Assembly (NCBI RefSeq): GCF_009914755.1
Contig: NC_060934.1
DNA from: the human T2T-CHM13v2.0 reference genome, Homo sapiens
Length of the DNA: 64,000 nt
Direction: 5' to 3' (one strand)
The translations under genes and the position numbers were made by a program. Positions 1 to 27,829 of the stretch are shown piece after piece. How positions within the stretch are numbered: the stretch's first letter is position 1; every line of letters begins with the position of its first letter. The notes beneath the pieces are model-generated. The model did no database searches. It was given only the letters and a program-made list of their open reading frames with translations, and was not told the DNA's origin.

Positions 1-972
<972 letters not shown>

Positions 973-1719
973 AAGATTCGTAAATTAAGATAATTCTTCA
1001 TTAACCTCATTCACTTCACTTCTCCTATAGTGTCAATTGAAAGTGTCCCTCTGTCTTTCCCAAATTAATCCTTTCACTTGTAACTTGATCCCATTCCTTT
1101 CCTTCTCTTCTGGGAGACAAGACTTTTTCTTGAATCTTCAAATAGTTGCTTGCTTCCTGCCCCCAAATAGATATCTTGTATTCTTTAAAACAAACCCCAA
1201 ACTTTCCCCCACCTTGCCACTCTCAATAATCTTGCTTCATGCCCCAAATGATGAAGGATTGGTCTACACTTGCAGTCTTTCCTCAGTTACTATTAAAGCA
1301 TCTCTCTCAAACAGCTCAATGACTTTCTAATTATAAAATCCAACGACCTATTCTGATTTCAGCTTCCTCCTCTGACCATTGCAGCATTTTATGTCATTGA
1401 TAACTTTCTCCTAAACAAAAATACTTCTTACCCTTTTATATGAAACTTCATCTGTTTTGGGTCTCACCTTGAAAGTCTTTCGGGCTTAATTCTCATAATT
1501 TTTTTTAAAGTCTTTCTACAATCTCCATGTAAACCACTGTTTCAAATTCGATAAAACTCAAACTCCATAAAATACCTCCTCCTGTCACTGGCACCATCTT
1601 CTTAATCACACATAAGGCTGTAAGTTTCAGGTTCAAACAAATCTACCAAATACAAACAGCCACATCGCCCGTCACTCTTCCACACTCACTGCCACCTGCT
1701 CAGCTTAGAACCCCGTTAC

Positions 1720-1880
1720 CTCTCTCCTGAAGAACTGCAACACCCTTCTCACTGCATTCCTCACCCCAGGCTCTTCCAGGCACCACCCGCTAACAGGACG
1801 TCTGCTCAGGTCCGTTTGGGGTTTTGTCCTCCAAAGCAGAAACCTGGGACTGAGATTCCTGCCGTCTGTACTCCAGCTCA
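1720..1880 (-). other. AP3M1: Candidate alternative 5'UTR cassette exon of AP3M1 (161 nt)
   Basis: Minus-strand acceptor gcttactgggttccccctctatAG| at 1881/1880 and donor AGAG|GTAACG at 1720/1719. An alternative donor CA|GTGAGT is at 1690/1689. Confidence 0.45.
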
Positions 1881-2139
1881 CTATAGAGGGGGAACCCAGT
1901 AAGCTTGACCTCCGGGGCTCAGGCGCCTGAGAACACTGGGCTGCAGGTGGACCGCTCCCTTCTGGCCTTGCTGGCGAGAAAGCCCGGAAGGCCGGGAGTG
2001 GGGGGGAAGCGAGGCCCGGGCCAACAGCACCAAAGACGCTCCTAGAGCCCAGATCGGAGTCGGGGGCCCCAGCTATTCAGCCTACTCCCGGGTTTTGGAG
2101 CTGTCCCCAGTCCACAGATTTCCCGCCCCTCACACTCAC

Positions 2140-2300
2140 CCCAACACCTGTGCCAGTCAGTGATTCGGCGCCGGATCCTCTCCTACCGAAGCTGGAGAAG
2201 CCGAGAAGGCCGCGAGGACCCGCAGCTGGAGTGCCCAGGAAATTGCCTGATTAACAGCTTCAAAGACACCGACTCTGTCTACCGTATTAGAAATTTTAAA
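2140..2300 (-). other. AP3M1: Non-coding first exon of the divergent gene AP3M1 (upstream boundary/TSS approximate)
   Basis: Minus-strand donor GG|GTGAGT (plus ACTCAC at 2134-2139) within the CpG island. The head-to-head ADK/AP3M1 arrangement is established knowledge. No AP3M1 coding sequence lies in the window, so the identity rests on synteny. Confidence 0.7.
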
Positions 2301-2663
2301 TATGCAGGAAGACCGTAAATGAGAGGAAAGACGTCTCTTGAGGCTTAGTATCTAAATCTTCTACATAATCCAGGGCCTAGAAAAATGGTGGGTTTCTCTC
2401 CATCTAGATTCAGGCGGTCATCTGCTGCCTAACGCAGTCTGGGGTCCCTCATGGTAGGGGAGGCGGGGTCAGGAATGGGCGGGGCATTCGCTGTTGGTGC
2501 CGACGGATAGAGCCAATGATTGTGGATGACAGCGGCACAGAATGGGCGGAGTCTGGAGGGGCGGGATTTGGAGAAGAGAAAGCGGTGATGCGAAGAGGGG
2601 GCGGGACCAGAGAGTGGATGGCAGAGGTGGGCTGTAGAGCCAAAGTGGGGTGGGAGCGCGAAG

Positions 2664-2728
2664 ATGGCAGCTGCTGAGGAGGAGCCGAAGCCCAAAAAGC
2701 TGAAGGTGGAGGCGCCGCAAGCGCTGAG
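2664..2728 (+). CDS. ADK: ADK exon 1 coding part (long, nuclear isoform ADK-L N-terminus with NLS)
   Basis: ATG at 2664 reads MAAAEEEPKPKKLKVEAPQAL + AG, followed by the donor AG|GTGAGC at 2728/2729. Matches the recognised ADK-L N-terminus. The phase-2 end joins exon 2 in frame (AG+A = Arg). Confidence 0.97.
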
Positions 2729-4611
2729 GTGAGCGCTGCCGGACTTGGGGAGGAGGGTGACGGCGCTGCAAGCAAGCCAGGGCCCACGTGGGGTTGCACG
2801 GCCCCGACGCTGGGTGGTGTCTCTCACTGCCAGCTTGGGGCCAACACGCAGGACCTCCCCCAGCTGCCCGCTTGGCCGCGACCCCTTGCCAGACGTTCTC
2901 TCCGTTTGGCTGAGTCCCCGCCTGTCTGGTGCAGCTCCGGCTCCAGCAGCCCTTCGCCAGTCGTGGCCCGCAGGGGGACCGAGCTGGCTGACCGCGCCAC
3001 CTGCGAGCAAGCCCAGGCTGGGCTGGTGCGACCCCGGAGGGTCGGACCGGAGCAGCGTCTGTAGGCGGCCGCCTTCTCTTCCCGGGGGATGGCGGGAAAG
3101 AGGCTCGGCAACTGCTGTACACTGGGGCAAAGTCAGAATTCTTGGGGATTTTTCAGAGTGTTGCGGAAGGGCACGTTGACCTTCCTTTTCGTGCACATTC
3201 TGAAAGCCCGTACCTTTGAGGACCCTCTACCAGGGACCCAGACCCCTCCGATGCTTTGCAGGGGCAGCATTTGGATGAATGGATAGGAAAGGTTGATTTC
3301 TCTTTTGTATTTACACTTTTTGGCAGCAACGGGGACAGTGCTGCCCCTAACACCTGCCTCACATGTGATTGATGTTGCAACTTTTACTTATGAAGAGTCA
3401 TTTGTTAAAATATCCCTTCCTAATAAGTATAAAGTGAAGCAGGCAGTCTTTGATGATTTGGAAATGTTCGCTGAAAGGCAGCGATTTTTTTTTCCATCTT
3501 AAAATAGACATATCAAACTGATTTAAAACTATTAGGACACTCCTGATTAAACAGGACATATCCCATTTCTTCCAGTATCACTCTTCTTCACCTCCAAAGG
3601 AAGGAATCACTCACAATTGAAAAGAAAAGGACACTTAGGGGCCTGGTGGTGTGTTCATGCTGCTTTGAATGGAGGGTGAACAAATCCTTGCCAGTTCCTT
3701 TAATGTATTCCTACTACCCTCAAAGGGTTAGTGTGCCTACCTTATACCAAGAACATAAACTTTAAAATAAAAACCCTCAGGATATTCTATTTTTATTTTA
3801 AATATTCCAACTATATGCAGAATAAAAAGCAACGGCTTTTGAATCAGACCTACCTGAGTTCAAGGCATGTGCTTTCCCTACTCTGCCCTTTATTAGAGTA
3901 TTTCCTTATAAGGCACCTCCTTCGCCAAACTGGAAGACAGATGCAACTTTTCCCTACCATCCTACTGAACATATAACCCTTAGATTTCCTTAGATTTTTC
4001 CTTAATAAAAATTATTATATATAATGCTGATCCATTTTCACTGTGTTTTCCTATTTATTATCTTGTTGGACAGTTCTGTGATCAAAGGAAGGCAAGAATT
4101 ATGCCTATTTTACAATTGAAGATATTGAAGCCCAAATAAAACAATTAGTACAGGAACAGAAATAGGAACTAGCTGAGCATGTTTTCTTATACCTGCAGTC
4201 CTGGTGCTTTGTGAGGCTGTGGTGAGAGCATTCCTTAGGCAACTAAAATTCACTTTACACAATATGAATTTAGTGCCACCTGTAGACATGAAGTTAAAAG
4301 ATTAGACACTTGAGTACTGGGACAAATCTCTAATTTTGTGGGGAGACATTTTAGGATCAGCTATTATTACTTTTATTATATTAATTTGCTTTCAGACTCA
4401 AAGTGTGATAATGCATTGAGTATTTACACTGAATTTATGATGACTTGCTTGACGGGGGATTGCTACTGGTTTTGGTTAAGGAGAATGGATTATAAAGACT
4501 TTGCATAATTTAATGTGCAGCATCAGTGGGAACAAATAATGAGATATATTTGTAGATGTCAGGAAAAATATTTAGATTTAGGGATTTGTGAGAATTTGGT
4601 CAGCTCTGGGA

Positions 4612-4810
4612 TAATAATTCTCCACCAGGGGAAATTTTGCCCTCCAGGGGACATTTGGCGTGGTCTAGAAAGATATTTTTGGTAGGGAGAGCTATTGGCA
4701 CCTAGTGGATGGAATTCAGGGGTGCTGCTAAACATGCTACATAGGACAACCCCCACAACAAAGAATTATCTGGCCAAATACGTCAACGGTGTTGAGGTTG
4801 AGAAATCTGT
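4612..4810 (+). mobile_element. MER20 (hAT-Charlie MITE)
   Basis: Matches the recalled consensus: ttttgccctccaggggacatttggc...gctgctaaacat...cccccacaacaaagaattatctggcc...gaggttgagaaa. Confidence 0.85.
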
Positions 4811-5645
4811 TCTAGAGGGAGCATCTGACAAGACTAGTCTGCCTTTCTCAAATATCTATTATTTTTCTAGGCTCGGTTGCTTTTCAGCATATAACAGTTG
4901 CTTATAAAGAAAGAATCAGGCTCTAACATGTTTTCACGTGGGATTAGGGGAAAGAAGGGAACGTTAATTGAGTGCTAGACATTATACTATGTGCTCTATA
5001 TATGTTATCTCTTTTAACCCTCCCAGTGACCTATGAGGTAGGAGCAATGATTCCTGTGTTACAGACGAGCTATTTTGTGATGAAAGAAGTGGAGAAACAT
5101 TTTTGGGAACTGCTCCCTAGATGAAGGTGTTCCATGATGATCACTTATATTTAAGACAACTTAGTTTTCTTTTCTCTCCTTTGGAAATCTCATCCAAGTT
5201 CATTTCTTTAGCGATCGCCTCTTAAGAGGCTACAGTGCCTTCCAAGGCTTGTTGAGCACGTGCCAAGTCTTTTCCTTCAGTTTGTCTTTCAAGTACATGC
5301 TATTTTAGACATGGTGTTAAAAACTGGATATATATAGAGAGAGAAAGAGGTAAGGCACAGGTACCATCCTCTTGGTGGGAAATAAGTGGGGTTTGGGAAA
5401 ATGACACCTGAGTATTCTTAAAGATGACTAGGAGTTAACCAGTCATCTGTGACTGTAGGGTATCTGTGAAGTAGGGTATCTGCCTTATAGGAAAGTTTGT
5501 TTGGTGGCAGAACTGGGAGAGAGCTGCCTCTTGGGGAAGTGCAGATAGTCTGACTGAAGCAGAGATGTATGGGGTCCAGGCTTTGTATTAGACACTCTCA
5601 CATGTGTCCTTTCTATCTCTGTGCCTCTCAGTTCTCAGATCTTAA

Positions 5646-9290
<3,645 letters not shown>

Positions 9291-9764
9291 TTACATCTAA
9301 CTGGGAGTTCCAAAAAGAGGAAATAATGTGAATGGTGGAGAAGCCAGGTTGGAAGAGCTGATGGCTGAGAATTTACCAAAATTTAAGAAAGACCAGTTCT
9401 CAGCTTGAAAGGGCATTATATGTATCTAGTAAGATGGAAACAAAAATATAAACTAAAACTACAGAGATTTTCTTGCTAATTATATTAATGTATCTATTAT
9501 AGAAAGACTGAAAATTTAGACACTCCAAATTTAATAGTGGGCATCTTTAGGTGGAAGAATTATGAGGTTTAAAAAAAAACTTGTATTTTCCAATGTTTCT
9601 ACACTGAACATATTAGGAATCTTGCTTTTAAGTTGGAGAGACTTGAAGTACACTGAATATATAAGTGGCCAAGTGCTGTGTGGCTAAATATTATCTTTAC
9701 AGAATGGACCTCTGGGATACCAAATACCTCTGAAACTTGGTAACATAATTATTATGACTTTATT

Positions 9765-10078
9765 GTAGGCTATAATCTTTTAAGCTATATTTCTGAAATC
9801 CCAAAGCTCTGGAAGCTGGAAGTTTTTTAAAAAGTTTGAGATGAATTAATTTGGCAGCAAAATTTGAACTGATGTAAAGGTGTCAGTAGTATTTATTTGT
9901 CTGACACAAATGTATATGCTTTGCTATGGAAATATTAGGCTGTTAATGACATGCCACATGAATTCCTCCTGGGTGTTCTACAAAATATATAGTGCAGTGT
10001 TACCTTCCTAAAATCCATAAAATTCTGAATTCCAAAACATACCCTGCCCCAAGGATTTAAGAAAGGGTTTGTGGACTT
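9765..10078. mobile_element. DNA transposon MITE, MER96B-like
   Basis: Ends resemble the recalled consensus (gaaatcccaaagctctgga...aattctgaattccaaaacat...ccccaaggatt...gggtttgtggac). Confidence 0.6.
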
Positions 10079-10943
10079 TTATTACTTATTTATAGTTTAC
10101 TTTTAAAAGTTGGCTACTGTGCAGGAACAATAATTTCTCATCAGAGTTAGTTCCTAGATTTTTTTCTCTAGTCACTGTTCTGCACTTCTATGATACTAAG
10201 TAGATGCTCATTTCAAAGATACTTTTTGGCTAGCTCTACTGTAATACCAGTACAGTTGATGTCACTGAGTTATTAGGCTTTTCTTCCTCTCCAGTAGTAA
10301 CTGAAAAGACAGACTTCTCTTCAACTTTTGGACTTGAAGATTTGGAAGGCTGTTTTACAAAATGGTCTCCCAAACTGAAGTTTCACATACTGCTTGAAGA
10401 AGATACATTCTGATGATTTATCAAAGCAGATTTAGAGTTTTTGCTCTCATTTATGTGTATTATTTCTGATGTTGTTTGTACTTTTGGCTTCGTACCATTT
10501 CTTTAAAAATTTGGTTCATACACTTCAGATCTAGAAGCAATGTGATTAGCCTTTGATATAAGAACATCTGAGTTTCTATTTGCATTTTTACTTTCATTGC
10601 ATGCATGCTGACTTTAGTATTTTCTTTACAATTTAGAAGATATATATGTATAGCAATTATGTAAGAAATTCTTGCCTTCTGTAGGCACAACAGTTTGGTT
10701 ACTGTATTAACATGGTCTTAACCATTTTGTCAGCAAGCCACATTTGGTTAGTAGTGAGTCCTGCTATTTTACTATGTTACCTGCAAACAGGATTGCAGAT
10801 GTGAAGGTAGCCTGTGTGATCATTGGTCACTCACTGAATTAGGGATTATCAGAAATTATATTGAAGTGGTCACTTGGCTACTTGCCTTCTACATGCTTAG
10901 GCTAGACTTTGGTTCATACTTAGAACCATTTTGAAATCTCTGA

Positions 10944-11336
<393 letters not shown>

Positions 11337-11503
11337 TAGATTCAATTTATCTCTCACGTAGGCCATTTCAGTGTAACAAGATGGCAGTTCTCAACTCCAA
11401 GCCAAAATCTCATGAGTCCAAAGGAAGAGAGTTTTTCTATATGCTTGTATCAGTTTTGAGAGAAATTTGGTTCTGCCTGTGTTACACACTACCTTGAACC
11501 AGT

Positions 11504-11962
11504 TGAGGTAGGAGGTGGGGCTCAGACACTGGACCAAATTGAGGACTAGCTAAAACAGGGACAGAGTGGAATCAGCTTTCCGTAAGTCACACCTACTAAT
11601 GTGCCATGTCAGTTTCCCATTGCCACGGCAACACCCAGAAGTTAGCGTCCCTTTTCATGACAGTGTCCTGGAAGTTACCACCCTTTTCCTAGAAATTTCT
11701 GCATAATCTGCCTCTTAATTTGTATATAATTAAAATTGGGTATAAATATGACCACAGAACTGCTTCTGAGCTGCTACTCTGGGCATACTGCCTATGGGGT
11801 AGCCCTGCTCTGCAAGGGGCAGTACCTCTGCCGATGCTTTACACTGCTGCTTCAATAAAAGTTGCTGACACACCACTGGCTGACCCTTGAATTTTTTCCT
11901 GGATGAAGCCAAGCACCGTCCTGGGCTAAGCCCCAGTTCTGGGGCTTACCTGCCCTGCATTA
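11504..11962 (+). mobile_element. ERV1 (MER4-group; MER66/MER50-like) solo LTR inserted into an older MLT1 LTR
   Basis: Starts TGAGGTAGGAGG; has TATA-like tataaata, AATAAA and the typical U5 end 'ggggcttacctgccctgcat'. Near-TSD cagt/caat. Flanks rejoin as MLT1-like 'cttgaacca(g/a)tcactgt'. Confidence 0.75.
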
Positions 11963-12029
11963 CAATCACTGTATCAGAGGTGGAGATTTGGGCTGGCCTT
12001 GGATACATTCTCACTGTCTGCCCGTCTGT

Positions 12030-12076
12030 TGTGTGCGTGCATGCAGGTAGGGGTGTGTGCGTGCATGCAGGTAGGG

Positions 12077-12111
<35 letters not shown>

Positions 12112-12116
12112 TGTGT
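12030..12116. repeat. 2x24-bp tandem repeat followed by (TG)n
   Basis: tgtgtgcgtgcatgcaggtagggg at 12030-12053 and 12054-12077, then about 19 TG units. Confidence 0.95.
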
Positions 12117-12540
12117 AGGTAGTACTAGGTATATGGGGAGCCAGTGAGTGTAGGCATTGTTCGTATATGGGGGGGAAATGGATGGGTGTTGATGGGTACA
12201 CTGTAATCAACAACTCCGACAGGACCTTGTAGAGTAAGGGAGGTAGTGTCATTCCCTCAGCAAGAGAAAAATCCATTTTAGCATGTACAATATTTATTAA
12301 AACAACCTTCCTCTTCTCCCCTTCCAAAAAACCCGACAACCTCAGTCTTCAAGGTCTAGCCAAATTCTCTCTTCTCTATAAAACTTTTCTACTCACCAAA
12401 CCTAGAAATGGTTTCTCCTTTGACTGTTTGTACTTTATACTTTGCGTTATTGCAATGTACAGTATGTGCATGTTTTATCTCACCTATTGCTACTTGAAGT
12501 TGGGAAACTAGTTGAATAACTCTTAGTGCCTCATAACTGA

Positions 12541-14652
<2,112 letters not shown>

Positions 14653-15588
14653 AACAGTAACCTTTTCTTAAGGTCCCGTGGTTGATGTCTTCACTCATTC
14701 TTTCTTCTTTTAATATAGTAGAATTGCGTATTTGGGGGAGGAATAGAGTTTCTGAAAGAGTGAATGTACAAAGAAGATCCCAGTGACCTGTTAGAATGAT
14801 GAATCTCTTTTCTCTGTGTTAGCAAGCCTTTAATTAGTAAGGCTGTTTGCAGTGTAATTAGAACTGCACAAGCATGGAAGGTCAGTAATACTGTTCAGAA
14901 TTTCATAATGTACTGTGTAACATAACATACTGTGAAATGAATCCATAGTACCACAAAATTTGTTTTTAAAGAAGTTTGTCTCTATTGACTCATCTAGGAG
15001 GGGTCACTTAAAAACAAAATAGGGCAAAAAAGTCAAATTCAGATGTCTTAGGTTTTCTCAAATTCCTTTAATCTCGATATAGCAAAAGAAACTGTTTCCT
15101 TCTTAGCCCTAGAATGGCAGTCTGAAAAATTATCTAAGTTTTTGAGGAAACAAATTGAAATACAAGAAAATTATTTCCTTTACAAATAAACAGTTCTCTT
15201 GTTTGTCTTTGAACTTAACCACATAGAGATTTAAATAGTTTGTTGTTTTATAGGCTTGACTGAGGAAGTCTTCTCCTAAAATAGAATTTTTTAAAATAGT
15301 TTTTTCTCAGCCCAGCTGAGACCTTAGTTATCATTTTTAGTTCTTAGTTTTGTTGAAGATTGAAGCCATTAAGCCGTAGAAGTGATGCAGATTTATGCTG
15401 TTGTCTATATCTGTTCTCACCTACTCAGGATGAATTGATTATAAAACATTTTATCATAGGATAGCATGTTGATGCATATAAAACATAGTGATGAAATTCT
15501 ACTTTGTCTTGTTTTACTTATTGCTTGTTCATCCAAATGTATTAAATTTGATTGTTTAGGTTTGAGATATTATAATAAAACTTGGTTA

Positions 15589-19189
<3,601 letters not shown>

Positions 19190-19499
19190 ATTATGTAAAA
19201 TAATTTAGAAAAACATGACTGAATTATATATCCAAGCTTTTAATTCTGTTATTGCCCTTTGAAGGATGATCACTTTTAAAGTGTTTTTTCCTCCATTGGG
19301 AAATTTGTCTGCTTTTGGTAAATTTTCATAGTTCAATTTGAGTATGTATATTATTTTTCCATGGAATACTGAGGGTTTTATGCTTTTGAAGAAATGATTT
19401 AAAGTTTAAAATTTCTTTCTCTACATTGATCTGCTGGTTTTAATTCTTTGAATAGCACTTATGATCATTTGATGCTGTTCTTTTTTGTTACTTGATTAT

Positions 19500-19626
19500 T
19501 CATCTTTCTCTCCTTAGAATGTAAGTTCTAAAAGGGCAGCACATGTTCTTGATCTTTGCCAAATCTGTAGTGTCTCCTGTAGTAGAACAGATGCTCGATA
19601 AATATTTGTTGAGTTAATGAATGAAC
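19500..19626 (+). mobile_element. L2 3' end
   Basis: tagaatgtaagttct...gggcag...atgctcgataaatatttgttgagttaatgaatgaa. Confidence 0.75.
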
Positions 19627-19642
19627 AATTTAAAAGATTGTG

Positions 19643-20635
<993 letters not shown>

Positions 20636-21900
20636 TTAGCAACAAGCTTTTGAGAAGGGCTATTCTTTATTTCTGTGATGTACTTTCTATATTTTTGTAT
20701 TAAAATCCCTTTTCTGTTGTGAAATGATAGTGATATTCACTTCTATAGTTTAAAAATATGTTCTGTGCAGCATAAATAATTGATAAGCAGTGTTATCTTG
20801 TACTTTCAGATTGGAGTTGCCTTTGAGAGTCAAAGATTTGTAGCTCACAGAAAATAAAGAAGTACTGTGTGGGTGTGCCTGGGAGGGAGTTTTGCTAAGA
20901 ATTCTTACTAAATAAAGTTCAATCAGTCAAATGTTATTGTACTCTTCAAATTCTCCAGGGAAATAAATTGCCAGCTTCCATTTAAAGATTGTATTTTGTT
21001 TGAATATGTGATGTTAAAGTGAAATGTGACATATAAGAATCTAAAGATGATTATTAAAAGCAAACAACATAATAGCATTCTTACAATGTCTTTTGCAGGA
21101 GAGAATTAATAGATTTAGCAGTGTTTCTTTGAAAAAACTTGTACATAATGAAAGCTAACTAAAATTGCATTAAAATTTATCAACTCCTTTAAAAAAATTC
21201 AATATGTTTTGAGATACAAGTATGCACAAGTATTTTCTTTCATTGTCTAATAAGAACTTAAAGGAACCTGAGATGTCACCTATAACAAACTCCTTTGTGT
21301 TTCAGAAAAGGAAACTGATGGTCAAAGAGGTAATGATTTGTCAAAAGTAATAAAGTTATTGGTAAGTCCAGGATTCGAATCCCTTCTCATTCCCAGGCCC
21401 CTGACCTTTACATGGCTGCACACTATTTTAGGGAGACAAGTTTTAAGAAGTTTCTCTTTTTGGATATGATATAGATTCTTTAAATAATATTATTTTACTG
21501 ATTTTTGAATTCATATTAAATGAGGGTTTGTATTTTTAAGTAACATGCAGGGAAAACATTCCACATTCATGTTATGACAGCTGGGCTCGTCAAGGCTTTG
21601 CAAAGCTCTAAAAGTAGGATACACACTTTTAACTTTTGTCAAGTTGTGATTTAAAATTAATCAAAAAAATCATGAGGACACCTTATTTTTGTTATTCCTG
21701 TCTTAAAGAATCTTTATACATGAAAAAATGAAACATTTATAAAATTAGCCCAATTTGTCTAAAAATAAGGGTAGTTTTGACGATTGTGAATTTCTTTTTT
21801 TAAAAAAACTCAGGAACAAGGTTATGATTTTAAAAATGCAAGTTTTCAAAAAGGGCAGGAGTAAGTTTTGTATTTTTAAGCCATTTAAAAAAGATAGTAA

Positions 21901-27209
<5,309 letters not shown>

Positions 27210-27829
27210 TCATAAAGCATTTACTGATTCCCCCCTTTTCATAGTTGGAGTTAATTTTCCTTTTATTGGTTCACAATTTCTTAACTCTTCAACTGCATTA
27301 AACTGTAAGATTAGAGCCAGGAGTTAGGGTGCCATCCACTTTTCCCCTCTATGGTCTTAGATTCTTTTTTTTTATAGCCCGCATGCTTCTTTGGAAAGTG
27401 AGGTAATTGTGTCAAATAGGATAGCCTTGAGTGGGGCCCAGAGGTTGTAAAATTTTATGTCTGTACCTGATTCACCTGGTAACTTGCTAAAAATACCGAT
27501 GTCCAGGCCTACCTTTCTAGATTCGGATACATAAAGTGACACTTTCCATATTAAATAAGCTGCTCTAAGTGTTTCTGAAGTTCAGGAACGTTTGGGACCA
27601 TCAGATCCAGCAATTGACTCTCAAAGGCTGCGGACTGGAATTAGTACGTCGTGCTGCCGTTGCCAGGCATTTTATATTTTCCTAGGCTGAGGCTTCCCAG
27701 GCTGTTGCTTTTTTTCCCCCCACCTTTGCAGATGGATTTTGCAGGCTGTTAAATCCCACTCCCGAAGACCTGCCCTGACAGCGCCTCTTTCCTAAGTGCT
27801 GTTACAGGGAGCTGAGCTTGCCGAGGTAG

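Larger units (their letters stand above)
1960..3110. promoter_or_regulatory. CpG island / TATA-less bidirectional promoter AP3M1-ADK-L
   Basis: GC/CpG-rich. GC boxes at about 2462, 2477, 2544, 2558 and 2597; CCAAT at 2513-2517; E2F-like TTTCCCGC at 2119-2126 and (reverse) 3091-3099; E-box CACGTG at 2785-2790; ETS-like CCGGAAG at about 1984. Confidence 0.9.

Noticed and set aside
2429-3196. Long overlapping ORFs (255 aa, 217 aa, 144 aa) across the first CpG island
   Set aside because: Stop-poor GC-rich sequence gives ORFs in all frames. They are Pro/Arg/Ala-rich, show no recognisable domain and often start at non-ATG codons. The true exon is the 65-nt ADK-L segment.
3976-5482. Small tandem duplications (ccttagattt x2 near 3978-3997; gtagggtatctg x2 near 5455-5482)
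   Set aside because: Ordinary slippage-scale duplications with no sign of function.
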